Of a stretch of DNA of 27,714 bases, positions 14,524 to 22,945 are shown one piece after another. This stretch comes from a virus (Duplodnaviria; Caudoviricetes). How positions within the stretch are numbered: the first letter of the stretch is position 1; every line of letters starts with the position of its first letter. The notes under the pieces were generated by a model. That model was not told the DNA's origin, did not search any database, and worked only from the letters and a program-made list of their open reading frames with translations. Both the position numbers and the translations under genes were made by a program. The stretch spans positions 1 to 27,714 of the IMG/VR virus record IMGVR_UViG_3300023314_000009; one strand, 5' to 3'.

Positions 14524-14552
14524 TTAAGTATGGCATACAGCTTTAATAATAG
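14524..14552 (-). promoter_or_regulatory. Repeated phage promoter/operator, copy 2
   Basis: CTATTAT-N6-TGTATGCCATACTTAA; CATACT lies 31 nt from ATG 14495. Confidence 0.7.
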
Positions 14553-14561
14553 AAAGGTTAT

Positions 14562-14744
14562 TTACACAATCTTTACTAATCCAACAACCTTAACATATCT
14601 TTCCCACGCATCAGATGGTCTACTTGGTAGAGTATTGCTAAGTTTACTGCTTGCTTCCTCAAACACACTCCAGAAACTATCTAAGTGTGCTTCCCAATGA
14701 CTCTTGCTTCTAACCTCACCGGTTTTACTTTTGTATAGTTCCAT
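14562..14744 (-). CDS. Hypothetical protein
   Basis: 60 aa; GGAG RBS; in operon. Confidence 0.65.
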   Translation of the reverse strand: MELYKSKTGEVRSKSHWEAHLDSFWSVFEEASSKLSNTLPSRPSDAWERYVKVVGLVKIV

Positions 14745-14745
14745 G

Positions 14746-15015
14746 TTAATCTCCGCCTAAGTTGTCGTAAACTAAAAAGTCTTTAAGAACTTCAAGACAT
14801 CCTATAACTTCAAATATACTATCGCCTGCTAAAATCTGATACATACTAGCATCGGAAGAAATACCTCCTACAAACAAAACGCCTGGAGTAGAATTTCTTT
14901 GTTCCTTAGTTAACTCTTCTAAATGTTTCTTAATAAGATCTTCATAAGTTAACTGCCCTTCTTTCTTGGTTGTATCAGAAACTTTAGTTAACTTAACTAT
15001 TTTATTATCTGTCAT
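14746..15015 (-). CDS. Hypothetical protein
   Basis: 89 aa; AGGA RBS; in operon. Confidence 0.65.
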   Translation of the reverse strand: MTDNKIVKLTKVSDTTKKEGQLTYEDLIKKHLEELTKEQRNSTPGVLFVGGISSDASMYQILAGDSIFEVIGCLEVLKDFLVYDNLGGD

Positions 15016-15385
15016 TGTCTTGTTCCTTAGTTAGTTTAGCAATTTCTCTTTGTAAATACCAGGCTGCTTTCTCTAAATCCTCTATCTTTTTCACATTCTT
15101 TACAATTGAATCATCTCCCCCCTTAATTCCAGCTCTCCATATATATTTTATAGCGTTTCCTAGACAGAAGTTCATATGCTCTGTAATTTGTATGCACTCT
15201 ACACCACTAGGATGGACATTATAATGTTTAGGATAGTTTACATTATCGTATTCGTCAAGGAATTTGTTTAAATCTAATACGCAATATTTTTCCCAATCCT
15301 CCCAGGTTTCATATTCGTAATTATCTTTTTTCATATAGTGATCAAATTTAATCTTGTCTTCTCTTTGTTTATCATAGTGTCCCAT
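15005..15385 (-). CDS. DUF3310 / SaV-like protein (T7 gp1.7-related)
   Basis: DNVN.PKHY, ECI, FCLGNAIKYIWRAG.K, EDLEKAAWYL. ATG 15385 has an AGGAG RBS; ORF track start is 15421. Confidence 0.85.
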   Translation of the reverse strand: MGHYDKQREDKIKFDHYMKKDNYEYETWEDWEKYCVLDLNKFLDEYDNVNYPKHYNVHPSGVECIQITEHMNFCLGNAIKYIWRAGIKGGDDSIVKNVKKIEDLEKAAWYLQREIAKLTKEQDNDR

Positions 15386-15395
15386 TAAATATCTC

Positions 15396-16031
15396 CTATA
15401 ATTTATTAGCAGCCCAAACACATAAACGTGATCTAATACCTTCAGGAAGATTAACCACTTTTATAAATTCTTCCGTATCTCTATATTGCAATAAGAACGC
15501 TAAGGCATTGTTTTCTTTACTTAATTTCTTATTATCAACTTGATTAGTGTCTCCTAGACAAACAACCTTTGTATTCTCTCCTGCCCTAGTAATAAGCACC
15601 TTCAATTGAGAGAGGCTAATATTCTGAACTTCATCAATTATTAAATATCTTTGATTTAGACTTCTACCACGCATATGTTGCATTGCTAGTATTTTAAGCT
15701 TAGAGGCAATGAACGCTTCTGTTTGTTTAGAATCTCCTATAAGATATTCCAGGTTGTCAAATAATCCTCCACACCATGGATGCATTTTTTCGTTAATATC
15801 CCCAGGAAGGAAACCTAAGTCATCTCCTACAGCTACTGGTGCCCTAGTAAATAGAATTTCCTTATACTGTTTACTCTCTAAAACCTGCTCTAACCCTGCT
15901 GCTAGAGCTAACAATGTCTTACCACTGCCAGCTATACCCTCTAAAACAACTAAATCAACTGAAGCATCCATAAGCTGTTTTAGAGCTTCTTTCTGACTAT
16001 CACACTTAGGCTTAATACCAAATACTTTCAT
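15396..16031 (-). CDS. phoH: PhoH-like ATPase
   Basis: GIAGSGKT, LGFLPGD..EKM.PW, MRGRS, IIDEVQN, ITRAG..TK...GD..Q.D. Confidence 0.95.
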   Translation of the reverse strand: MKVFGIKPKCDSQKEALKQLMDASVDLVVLEGIAGSGKTLLALAAGLEQVLESKQYKEILFTRAPVAVGDDLGFLPGDINEKMHPWCGGLFDNLEYLIGDSKQTEAFIASKLKILAMQHMRGRSLNQRYLIIDEVQNISLSQLKVLITRAGENTKVVCLGDTNQVDNKKLSKENNALAFLLQYRDTEEFIKVVNLPEGIRSRLCVWAANKL

Positions 16032-16037
16032 ATGTTT

Positions 16038-17651
16038 TTATCCTTCACAACTGGTGCAATTAGTAGAATAGTTTACAACATCCCCTGATGTAGCTGAGCT
16101 AGAGCGCACGTAGTATAAGGCTTTTAATCCTTGTTTCCATGCTTCTATATGCCACATATTAAATACATCTTTGGGAACATCATAAGTACAATATAAATTA
16201 AGACTCTGTCCCTGGTCTATGTACAACTGACGTGTGCCAGCTAGATTTATAAGGTCTAGTTGATTAATCTCTTTTGATGTTTTAAATACCTCCTTAACGT
16301 ACGGGTCTATGTCTAATTGTTGTACACTACCTTTACTGTTAACGACTTGCTGCCACATATCCTCATTCAATATACCTAAAGCCTCTAACTCTGTATTATG
16401 TTTAGTGAAGGAACGCTTAGAGCTTCTATGTAAGTAAGCATTACTTGATATAGGATTAATACCTTCACTAACAAACCCACTGACGATACTATTACTGAAT
16501 GTAGGAGCAATTGCTATTGTATGACTATTACGTCTACCTAAACTCTTAGTCCACTCAGGGCATCCTCTTTCACTGCCTAATGTTATAGATGCTTCCAAGC
16601 TTTGTGTCTTTAATTGTTTAAATATCTCTAAGTTCAGCTTAGCTGCTTCTCTACTACCCATAGGCAACATCTTTTTCTGTAGTAATGTATGCCATCCTAA
16701 TACTCCTAAACCTAAAGCCCTTGATTTAATAGAGAATCTTACAGCCTTCTCTAGTCCTGGAAGTAATGAAGCTTTATTTATAAACTCCTCCATTATATCA
16801 TCAAGAAATCTTATAGCTACACTCACTACATCTGTATCTTTCCATTCATCATACTTAGTTAGATTTAACGATGAAAGACAGCAGACAAATGTATGTTCTT
16901 CATCACTATGTAGCATAATCTCACTACATAAGTTAGATGCTCTTACATTATAGCCTGGAAAATCTGGAAAGTAAACATCTTTATTAGCATTTCCTGAATA
17001 AAATATGTAAGGCTCACCCATTTCCAGTCTTTCTTTGAGAATTTTAGTCCATATTGTACGTTCGAACTTCTCTCCATCTAATAATTTAGTCATAAAATCA
17101 TCTGAAACTTTAACACCTATATTTGTATCTAAACATTGGTTACGTGGATCACCTTCTGGCCTACGAATACGTAAGAACTCTTCAAAATCTTTGTGGTATG
17201 CATCTAAGTATAAAGCTACAGCACCACGTCTAACATTACCCTGACGCACCTTATCTATAATTGTATCATATAACTTAGCCCATGCTACTATACCATTGCT
17301 ATTACCATTCCCTCGTATAGGCTCACCACGCCCTCTTAATGAGGATATGTCTACTGCAGTACCACCACCAGCTTTCGTAAGCCTAGCAAGCTCATAACCC
17401 GTTTCAAATATACCGTCTAATGAATCTTCTGCTACAGAGCTAAAGCAAGAGATAGGCAACCCTCTATCTGTGTTGTAATTCGCTAATACAGGTGTGCTAG
17501 GACAAATCCAACCTTTCCATAAATACTCATAAAGCTTATTATTACCATTAGCTATTCTTACATACGCATCTTTAGGAGTTTCATTGGGTAGAGCACTCTT
17601 CTGAAATTGTTCATAGGATGCGTCTGTCATCCAATCTGGTATATTACTCAT
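16038..17651 (-). CDS. nrdA: Class I ribonucleotide reductase alpha subunit (no ATP cone)
   Basis: STPVLAN, LPISCF, SNLCSEI, VCCLSSLNL, APT, DQGQSLN, YY, C-terminal CTSCEG. ATG 17651 preferred over the ORF track start at 17684. Confidence 0.95.
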   Translation of the reverse strand: MSNIPDWMTDASYEQFQKSALPNETPKDAYVRIANGNNKLYEYLWKGWICPSTPVLANYNTDRGLPISCFSSVAEDSLDGIFETGYELARLTKAGGGTAVDISSLRGRGEPIRGNGNSNGIVAWAKLYDTIIDKVRQGNVRRGAVALYLDAYHKDFEEFLRIRRPEGDPRNQCLDTNIGVKVSDDFMTKLLDGEKFERTIWTKILKERLEMGEPYIFYSGNANKDVYFPDFPGYNVRASNLCSEIMLHSDEEHTFVCCLSSLNLTKYDEWKDTDVVSVAIRFLDDIMEEFINKASLLPGLEKAVRFSIKSRALGLGVLGWHTLLQKKMLPMGSREAAKLNLEIFKQLKTQSLEASITLGSERGCPEWTKSLGRRNSHTIAIAPTFSNSIVSGFVSEGINPISSNAYLHRSSKRSFTKHNTELEALGILNEDMWQQVVNSKGSVQQLDIDPYVKEVFKTSKEINQLDLINLAGTRQLYIDQGQSLNLYCTYDVPKDVFNMWHIEAWKQGLKALYYVRSSSATSGDVVNYSTNCTSCEG

Positions 17652-18639
17652 TCCACATATCTCCCCAACCACTAGTCTTAGCATACTGTGTCACACGACT
17701 ACTAAAGAAGTCAGCGTGCTGATCGCCAGCAGATGCTAGGTTGAACCATGCTAGTTTCTCAACCTTCTTCTTATCTATCCTATATTCTGGCTTCAAATGT
17801 ATAGCTCGTAACTGATTGTTCATTCTCTGTCTAATAAATTCTTTTAAATACTCAGGATTACAATTAGGTAGTTCATTATTTGCGAACACAGATTCAATAA
17901 ACTTATCCTCAACTGCTACAGTTAGTCTACCTGCTTCATAAATCTTTTTCTTTATATCATGCATGTCTTTGTTTTCTTTCATAAATTGATTAAACAACCA
18001 AATACCTGCCTTACTATGTAAGCTTTCATCCCTTATAGACATTTCTATTATCTCACCTAATCCTCTCATTAAACCTCTTTGAGCGAATGATAATAGTATA
18101 GTGAATGCTGAGAATAATGCAACACCTTCACCAAATGCACTGAACGTAGCTAACGACACTGCTAAGTCTTTTCTCCATTGGTTGTATTGTTCGTCATCAC
18201 TGTTTAATGAATATTCATCTACCTTAAAAACTTCTGGAGGCTTGGATAACTGCCCCAATCTTTCCATCACAACTTCATCCTGCATAAATTCTTGAAAATT
18301 ATCTATTCCTAATGTATCATTTAAATAAGCATATGAGGCTATGTGTATTGTCTCAAACGAGCTAAAAGAAGCACACATCATACTAATTTCTGGAATCTGA
18401 AACACAGCTCCTAGGCTTCTCCAGTAATCACCTATAAGAACTTCGCTCTGTACAAATGATTTTAATATGTTACCTATTATATTCTTTTCTGACTCTGTTA
18501 AATTAAATTTCCAATCATATATATCTGCATCCATATTAATTTCTGTATGTATCCAGAACGAACTCTGCTGTGTAAGCCAGAAATCATAAGCCTCGTTATA
18601 CTGGAAAGGCTTATAATAATTTCTAGGTTCTAATAACAT
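17644..18639 (-). CDS. nrdB: Class I ribonucleotide reductase beta subunit
   Basis: YKPF.Y, W...E, ETIH..SY, EGV.LFS.F, RDESLH, DFF..RV..Y. Confidence 0.95.
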   Translation of the reverse strand: MLLEPRNYYKPFQYNEAYDFWLTQQSSFWIHTEINMDADIYDWKFNLTESEKNIIGNILKSFVQSEVLIGDYWRSLGAVFQIPEISMMCASFSSFETIHIASYAYLNDTLGIDNFQEFMQDEVVMERLGQLSKPPEVFKVDEYSLNSDDEQYNQWRKDLAVSLATFSAFGEGVALFSAFTILLSFAQRGLMRGLGEIIEMSIRDESLHSKAGIWLFNQFMKENKDMHDIKKKIYEAGRLTVAVEDKFIESVFANNELPNCNPEYLKEFIRQRMNNQLRAIHLKPEYRIDKKKVEKLAWFNLASAGDQHADFFSSRVTQYAKTSGWGDMWNE

Positions 18640-18641
18640 TT

Positions 18642-19052
18642 TTAGCTCCTATTTTCTCTATACCATGTAGTGTAGTGTTTCTTACACATTCTTCTAGCAC
18701 TGTGTTTATTAGTACAACCAGTCACTACACACCCATAAAAATCAGGTTTTCTTAGAACTGTTCTTCCTTTCCTACTCCTATCTAAAGCATTATCTTTATA
18801 AGTCCCTATCCATAGATGTTCAGGATTTACGCAACTAGGATTATCACAAGTATGGCATATTATTTTACTCTTATCGAATCTACCATTGTATATCAAATAA
18901 CAAAGCCTAGACAATCTAAAAGTCTTACCTTTATATTTTAAATTTGGGTAACCATTTTTATCCTTATATCCACGATAAATCCAACACTCATTTACAATAT
19001 CTATGTTATTACATATAATATATTTTATATCTCTTAGCTTATTCCTGCGCAT
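18642..19052 (-). CDS. HNH homing endonuclease with C-terminal Zn finger
   Basis: ECW...GY..., CHTCDNPSCVNPEHL..GT...N..D...KGR, then C...GC.......MCKKHY. Confidence 0.88.
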   Translation of the reverse strand: MRRNKLRDIKYIICNNIDIVNECWIYRGYKDKNGYPNLKYKGKTFRLSRLCYLIYNGRFDKSKIICHTCDNPSCVNPEHLWIGTYKDNALDRSRKGRTVLRKPDFYGCVVTGCTNKHSARRMCKKHYTTWYRENRS

Positions 19053-19821
19053 ATCTGCGCCTTAAATAGTGTAGAGAGACTATCATAGGGTCAAACGATC
19101 CTTCATGGACATCATGTAACATTATAACACCTCTAAAATGCGCATTACCTTGATAACCCTTGTAGTCCTCATCATGTTGATAGCATGCTCCTGCAACTAT
19201 ACCCCATTGCTGCTGTCCTGTCAAGGTAAATCTTGTAGCAACATCTAATGTCTGCTTATGTCCTACACAAAACGATTGCCCCACTTTCGTAAGTTGATTA
19301 AGAGCTGTACCAGCATAAGGCTTGCCTGACATAGGGTTGGCAAGATAATGCACATAAAGAACTCCATCTATAACAACAGGCTTAAGAAAATCATGCACCT
19401 CCCAATCACCATACGGTAAATCATCATAACTAACTACGCCATCAAGCTCAGGATTATCATTGGTAACTCTCGATATCCTTTGCTCATGATTGCCTAGCGT
19501 CATAATCATTTTAGGCTTATATTGTTTATGCTTCGTAGCTCTTGCTCTTTCATTATAGTCTCTAAGTGGCCCTAAAAGCAAGTCCATAGCTTCTTTAGCT
19601 GAAGCAATATCTGCCTTATATCTCCTACCTTCAAAGCTTTTCTTCCCTTTGTCGTAAGAGCTTAGAGATTCCATATCTGCAAAATCTCCAATACAAACAA
19701 TAACATCGGGTTTTTTATCTACTATATATCTACCAATCCACTCACAATGCTTTAAATCAACTCCTGGCTTAGCTTGTACATCAGGTATAAATAAATGTTT
19801 TATTGGCATAATTAATCCCAC
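19039..19821 (-). CDS. Calcineurin-like metallophosphoesterase
   Basis: IPD.Q, IGDFAD, LGNHE, H, GH motifs. Start may be ATG 19809. Confidence 0.9.
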   Translation of the reverse strand: MGLIMPIKHLFIPDVQAKPGVDLKHCEWIGRYIVDKKPDVIVCIGDFADMESLSSYDKGKKSFEGRRYKADIASAKEAMDLLLGPLRDYNERARATKHKQYKPKMIMTLGNHEQRISRVTNDNPELDGVVSYDDLPYGDWEVHDFLKPVVIDGVLYVHYLANPMSGKPYAGTALNQLTKVGQSFCVGHKQTLDVATRFTLTGQQQWGIVAGACYQHDEDYKGYQGNAHFRGVIMLHDVHEGSFDPMIVSLHYLRRRYAQE

Positions 19822-20363
19822 ATGTGTTCGATATATTTATGTAAGTATTTCCAAGCAGCCTCTTTCAAAGCCTTTTCTTCCTTATCTTCTCTTTTTTGAG
19901 CAACATGTGTCATCTTATCTATTCTATCTGCTATTTCTTTAGAAGGTTCTTTATAGTTTCTAAGGAAACTATATCCATATTTCTTATATAAATAGCTAAC
20001 TGTTTTATTTGATGTATTTTCTAAATAAGCTTTACGTAATAATCCTGCCGCTGTAAAAGCTCTTCTAGCACACTTACCACTATTAACTGCATGTCCATGT
20101 TCTTTTATATTCTTAGCTGTGGTTTCTAATAGCTTTACAAATATTTCTATATTAAACGTGTAGTCCCAAGCTCTATAGCCCCATGCAAATCTAATAAACA
20201 TAGGAAGGTTACATATAAAGGCAGAGATAGAATACCACCAATTACGTATGCTACCTATAAATGAGTTATTATCTATAAACTCTGTTATGCGATCAAATAT
20301 AGACACCTTGTGACCTTGAATTTCTTTTGTATTTCTTCTAAGCATCCTGGTTAACCTACTCAT
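19812..20363 (-). CDS. Hypothetical phage protein
   Basis: 183 aa, ATGA-coupled; R.WDY and C-terminal WD patterns. Confidence 0.75.
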   Translation of the reverse strand: MSRLTRMLRRNTKEIQGHKVSIFDRITEFIDNNSFIGSIRNWWYSISAFICNLPMFIRFAWGYRAWDYTFNIEIFVKLLETTAKNIKEHGHAVNSGKCARRAFTAAGLLRKAYLENTSNKTVSYLYKKYGYSFLRNYKEPSKEIADRIDKMTHVAQKREDKEEKALKEAAWKYLHKYIEHMWD

Positions 20364-20746
20364 TTAATCTTCTCCCCATTAGTCTTAATTCTATGACATA
20401 CAGAACATAGCTTCTGGTATCCTTCAACCTCTACAAAAGCATTTAAAACCCATTGCTCTAACTTACTAAAAGAACTCAAACCCCCTATAGGAACAATATG
20501 ATCTAACTCTACACCAATATCGTTTTTCTTTGTTTTCTTAGGAAACCATTCTTTACAACGAGCGCATTGATGTTCTATTCTGTGTCTTCCTTTACCGGTC
20601 TTATTAGGTCTTGTATTAAGCTTCCAAGCATCATTAGCTGGCTTCCATCTTCTTGTGAGGCTCCTTAGGGCTGATAATATCCAAGCTCTAAAACCTGCTT
20701 CCGTCATTGTCTTAGAGCATCTTGTTTTCTCTACTCCCTTAGCCAT
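20360..20746 (-). CDS. Zn-binding HNH-type endonuclease
   Basis: SALR...RW.P, CARC, LDHIVP, Q.LC..CH..KT. Confidence 0.8.
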   Translation of the reverse strand: MAKGVEKTRCSKTMTEAGFRAWILSALRSLTRRWKPANDAWKLNTRPNKTGKGRHRIEHQCARCKEWFPKKTKKNDIGVELDHIVPIGGLSSFSKLEQWVLNAFVEVEGYQKLCSVCHRIKTNGEKIK

Positions 20747-20971
20747 CTATTCCTCTTCTTCTCTGTAAGGAGGAAGCTTGTAACCACACTGATAAGGGTT
20801 GTATGCATTATCCCACTCTATCTGCCAATCAAGCTTACCGGCATAATATCCTTTGTTATAGAGGTCTTCTAATATACCTGGCAAATCTGTTTTGTCTAAG
20901 ACATTCTCAGCTATTGCTTTAAAATCTGGGAGAGTTCTAGTCATCTTTTGTATACTCCGGTTTGTATTCAT
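20747..20971 (-). CDS. Hypothetical protein
   Basis: ORF fills the gap; start may be ATG 20944. Confidence 0.6.
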   Translation of the reverse strand: MNTNRSIQKMTRTLPDFKAIAENVLDKTDLPGILEDLYNKGYYAGKLDWQIEWDNAYNPYQCGYKLPPYREEEE

Positions 20972-21707
20972 ACTTAGCTTGCCATAACTTAACTAAAGCA
21001 TAGAATATATCTTTATATTTGTCAAATTTTGTACATTCAACTAATTTGCAAAGCCCTGGTGTTGCTGGACTGACACTGATGAATAGGTTGAATCTACGAG
21101 TATTTCTCGGTAGTTGTAAGCCGACTTGATAAGCAGCAAGCTGTATCCTATGATCATCATACTGCACCATATCTTTAACATCAGTTTTATCCTTAGTCTT
21201 GAAATCAACGATAACACAGTTGTTATTTATGTCTTCACCCCACAGATCAACTCTCCCCCCAAATCCATCCTCATGAGCAAAAGAATCTTCCGCATAAAAA
21301 GTGTAGTCTGGAAATGTGTTCTCTATGAGCTGTGTAGCATGAAATATATATTCTAAATCACTGTCTTTAATTTTATTACTTTGAACTTTAAAATGATTTT
21401 CCATTGCATCATGTATTTCATTACCACGTTTAGCAGCTCTAGAGCCAATCTCTCTAGATTTATTTACTATATGCTTCTTCCAACCATCTACATACCATTC
21501 ATCGTTAAAGGGTGAGGCTATTGCAGCCTCTAGAATTTGATTTTGCAACCAGCTTATCAAGGCTGGCTTAGACTGTAAGTCCATTATAGTTGTTACGCTT
21601 GGAACCAAGCTCAGCTGCTTTGCGTCCCTTATTGTCGTAGGACGTGTATTACCATTCTTACCTACCACCTCGTGACAGCTACTGCCGTCCCATTTGTAGT
21701 AATGCAT
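20937..21707 (-). CDS. PD-(D/E)XK superfamily exonuclease
   Basis: PSVTTI, RG..IH, E, GGRVD, IVDFKT, QLAAY. Confidence 0.88.
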   Translation of the reverse strand: MHYYKWDGSSCHEVVGKNGNTRPTTIRDAKQLSLVPSVTTIMDLQSKPALISWLQNQILEAAIASPFNDEWYVDGWKKHIVNKSREIGSRAAKRGNEIHDAMENHFKVQSNKIKDSDLEYIFHATQLIENTFPDYTFYAEDSFAHEDGFGGRVDLWGEDINNNCVIVDFKTKDKTDVKDMVQYDDHRIQLAAYQVGLQLPRNTRRFNLFISVSPATPGLCKLVECTKFDKYKDIFYALVKLWQAKYEYKPEYTKDD

Positions 21708-21715
21708 GTGTTCCC

Positions 21716-21838
21716 CTAGAAATCATTAAATACTAATGAATATAATGAGTACCCCACCATAAAAGTAAAGCCGCCTATGTTTAAAGCTATAAGAGCATAA
21801 AGAAGAAATATTTCAATATTAACTAGTATATCTAACAT
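21716..21838 (-). CDS. 40-aa hydrophobic peptide
   Basis: MLDILVNIEIFLLYALIALNIGGFTFMVGYSLYSLVFNDF; AGGAGG RBS; TATGCTATACT 25 nt upstream. Confidence 0.6.
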   Translation of the reverse strand: MLDILVNIEIFLLYALIALNIGGFTFMVGYSLYSLVFNDF

Positions 21839-21860
21839 GGCGGCCTCCTAAAAGTATAAC

Positions 21861-21876
21861 TATAGTATAGCATAGA
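21861..21876 (-). promoter_or_regulatory. Extended -10 element related to the repeated promoter
   Basis: TCTATGCTATACTATA versus TGTATGCCATACTTAA. Confidence 0.5.
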
Positions 21877-21886
21877 TTATTATAGA

Positions 21887-22423
21887 TTACCAATCATCTG
21901 TAGTACTAACATCTGGTTCAGGGTTTAAGTCTTGTGCATAACCTTCTTCTAATGCATGTGGATTGACTTGTGCTAAAAGCTCTTTAACATCATTACCACC
22001 ATCATTAAAAGATATTAAGTTAGTAATTAATACAGTGCGTAGACGAAGAACAGTACCCTTACGACCTTTAATCGGTGCTAGTTCTGCAGTGACTAATCCT
22101 TCACTGCCGTTAGCAATCTTATTAGTTATAGGTGCACCATTAGAATCTACAACAGCTGGATCAGGAAATGTATACTTACCTTTTATCTTACTAGAACGTA
22201 GTCTAATGTATGTAGTCCCATTCTCATCTTCTCTGAGCTCCGTTAGACGTGGTATACCTTTCTTCTTTAAATCATCAAACTGTGCTTTAGAACATTCAAC
22301 TTCTATACTATAGCTGCAATTGTCAGGTTCATTTGTGTCTATTTCAAAAGGCTTACGTGCTTGTCCAGGAAGAACAGAAGCCCATCTTACTTTACCTTTG
22401 AATGTTATTTTTTCATTATTCAT
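21887..22423 (-). CDS. Single-stranded DNA-binding protein (T7 gp2.5-like)
   Basis: G...WA start, P.VVD..G, IANGS, acidic tail ending in an aromatic residue (DDW). Near the polymerase. Confidence 0.75.
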   Translation of the reverse strand: MNNEKITFKGKVRWASVLPGQARKPFEIDTNEPDNCSYSIEVECSKAQFDDLKKKGIPRLTELREDENGTTYIRLRSSKIKGKYTFPDPAVVDSNGAPITNKIANGSEGLVTAELAPIKGRKGTVLRLRTVLITNLISFNDGGNDVKELLAQVNPHALEEGYAQDLNPEPDVSTTDDW

Positions 22424-22425
22424 TA

Positions 22426-22605
22426 TTATTTCTCTCCGTTAGTATAAAAATCTTTAGCGTCTAAATCAATTTGTTTAGTGGTTAGTTTCTTAACTATCTT
22501 TCCAACTGTGTTCACATCTTCTCTATTAATATTAGTGTGCACTAACACATGGTCTATTGTTTTAAGTATAAGACTCACCTCATCTTTACTGAGTTTAAAT
22601 TTCAT
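22426..22605 (-). CDS. Hypothetical protein
   Basis: ATG 22605 (MKFKLSK) with GGAG RBS; ORF track start is 22623. Confidence 0.6.
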   Translation of the reverse strand: MKFKLSKDEVSLILKTIDHVLVHTNINREDVNTVGKIVKKLTTKQIDLDAKDFYTNGEK

Positions 22606-22607
22606 TA

Positions 22608-22769
22608 TTATTTCTCCACACAAAATGCAATTGAATTACCTTTTGCAACATCGTTGTTAAATTTCTTAGCTGCTGCTTCACATGTTGCCTTAGTAGACAT
22701 ATCAATACTATGAGTATGACCATAGCCGAAGTTACTCTGTAATACTATCAATAAAATATAAGTGCTCAT
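22608..22769 (-). CDS. Small hypothetical protein, 53 aa
   Basis: MSTYILLIVL...ATCEAAAKK...AFCVEK; TAATG-coupled. Confidence 0.6.
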   Translation of the reverse strand: MSTYILLIVLQSNFGYGHTHSIDMSTKATCEAAAKKFNNDVAKGNSIAFCVEK

Positions 22770-22945
22770 TATTTCTTCTCTCCTAGTTTATATACAATAA
22801 CTTTAATTTCTACTAGGGTTGCTGCGAGTAATGCTAATACAATAGCTAACCCTACATCACCACCTAAATGAAGAAGGCAGTAAAATACTATAAATATGAT
22901 TAATATGGCAGTAATCTTACCTATTGTTGCCGTTAGATTATACAT
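22769..22945 (-). CDS. Small 2-TM membrane protein
   Basis: Two hydrophobic helices; ATG 22945 with GGAG RBS; ORF track start is 22978. Confidence 0.6.
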   Translation of the reverse strand: MYNLTATIGKITAILIIFIVFYCLLHLGGDVGLAIVLALLAATLVEIKVIVYKLGEKK

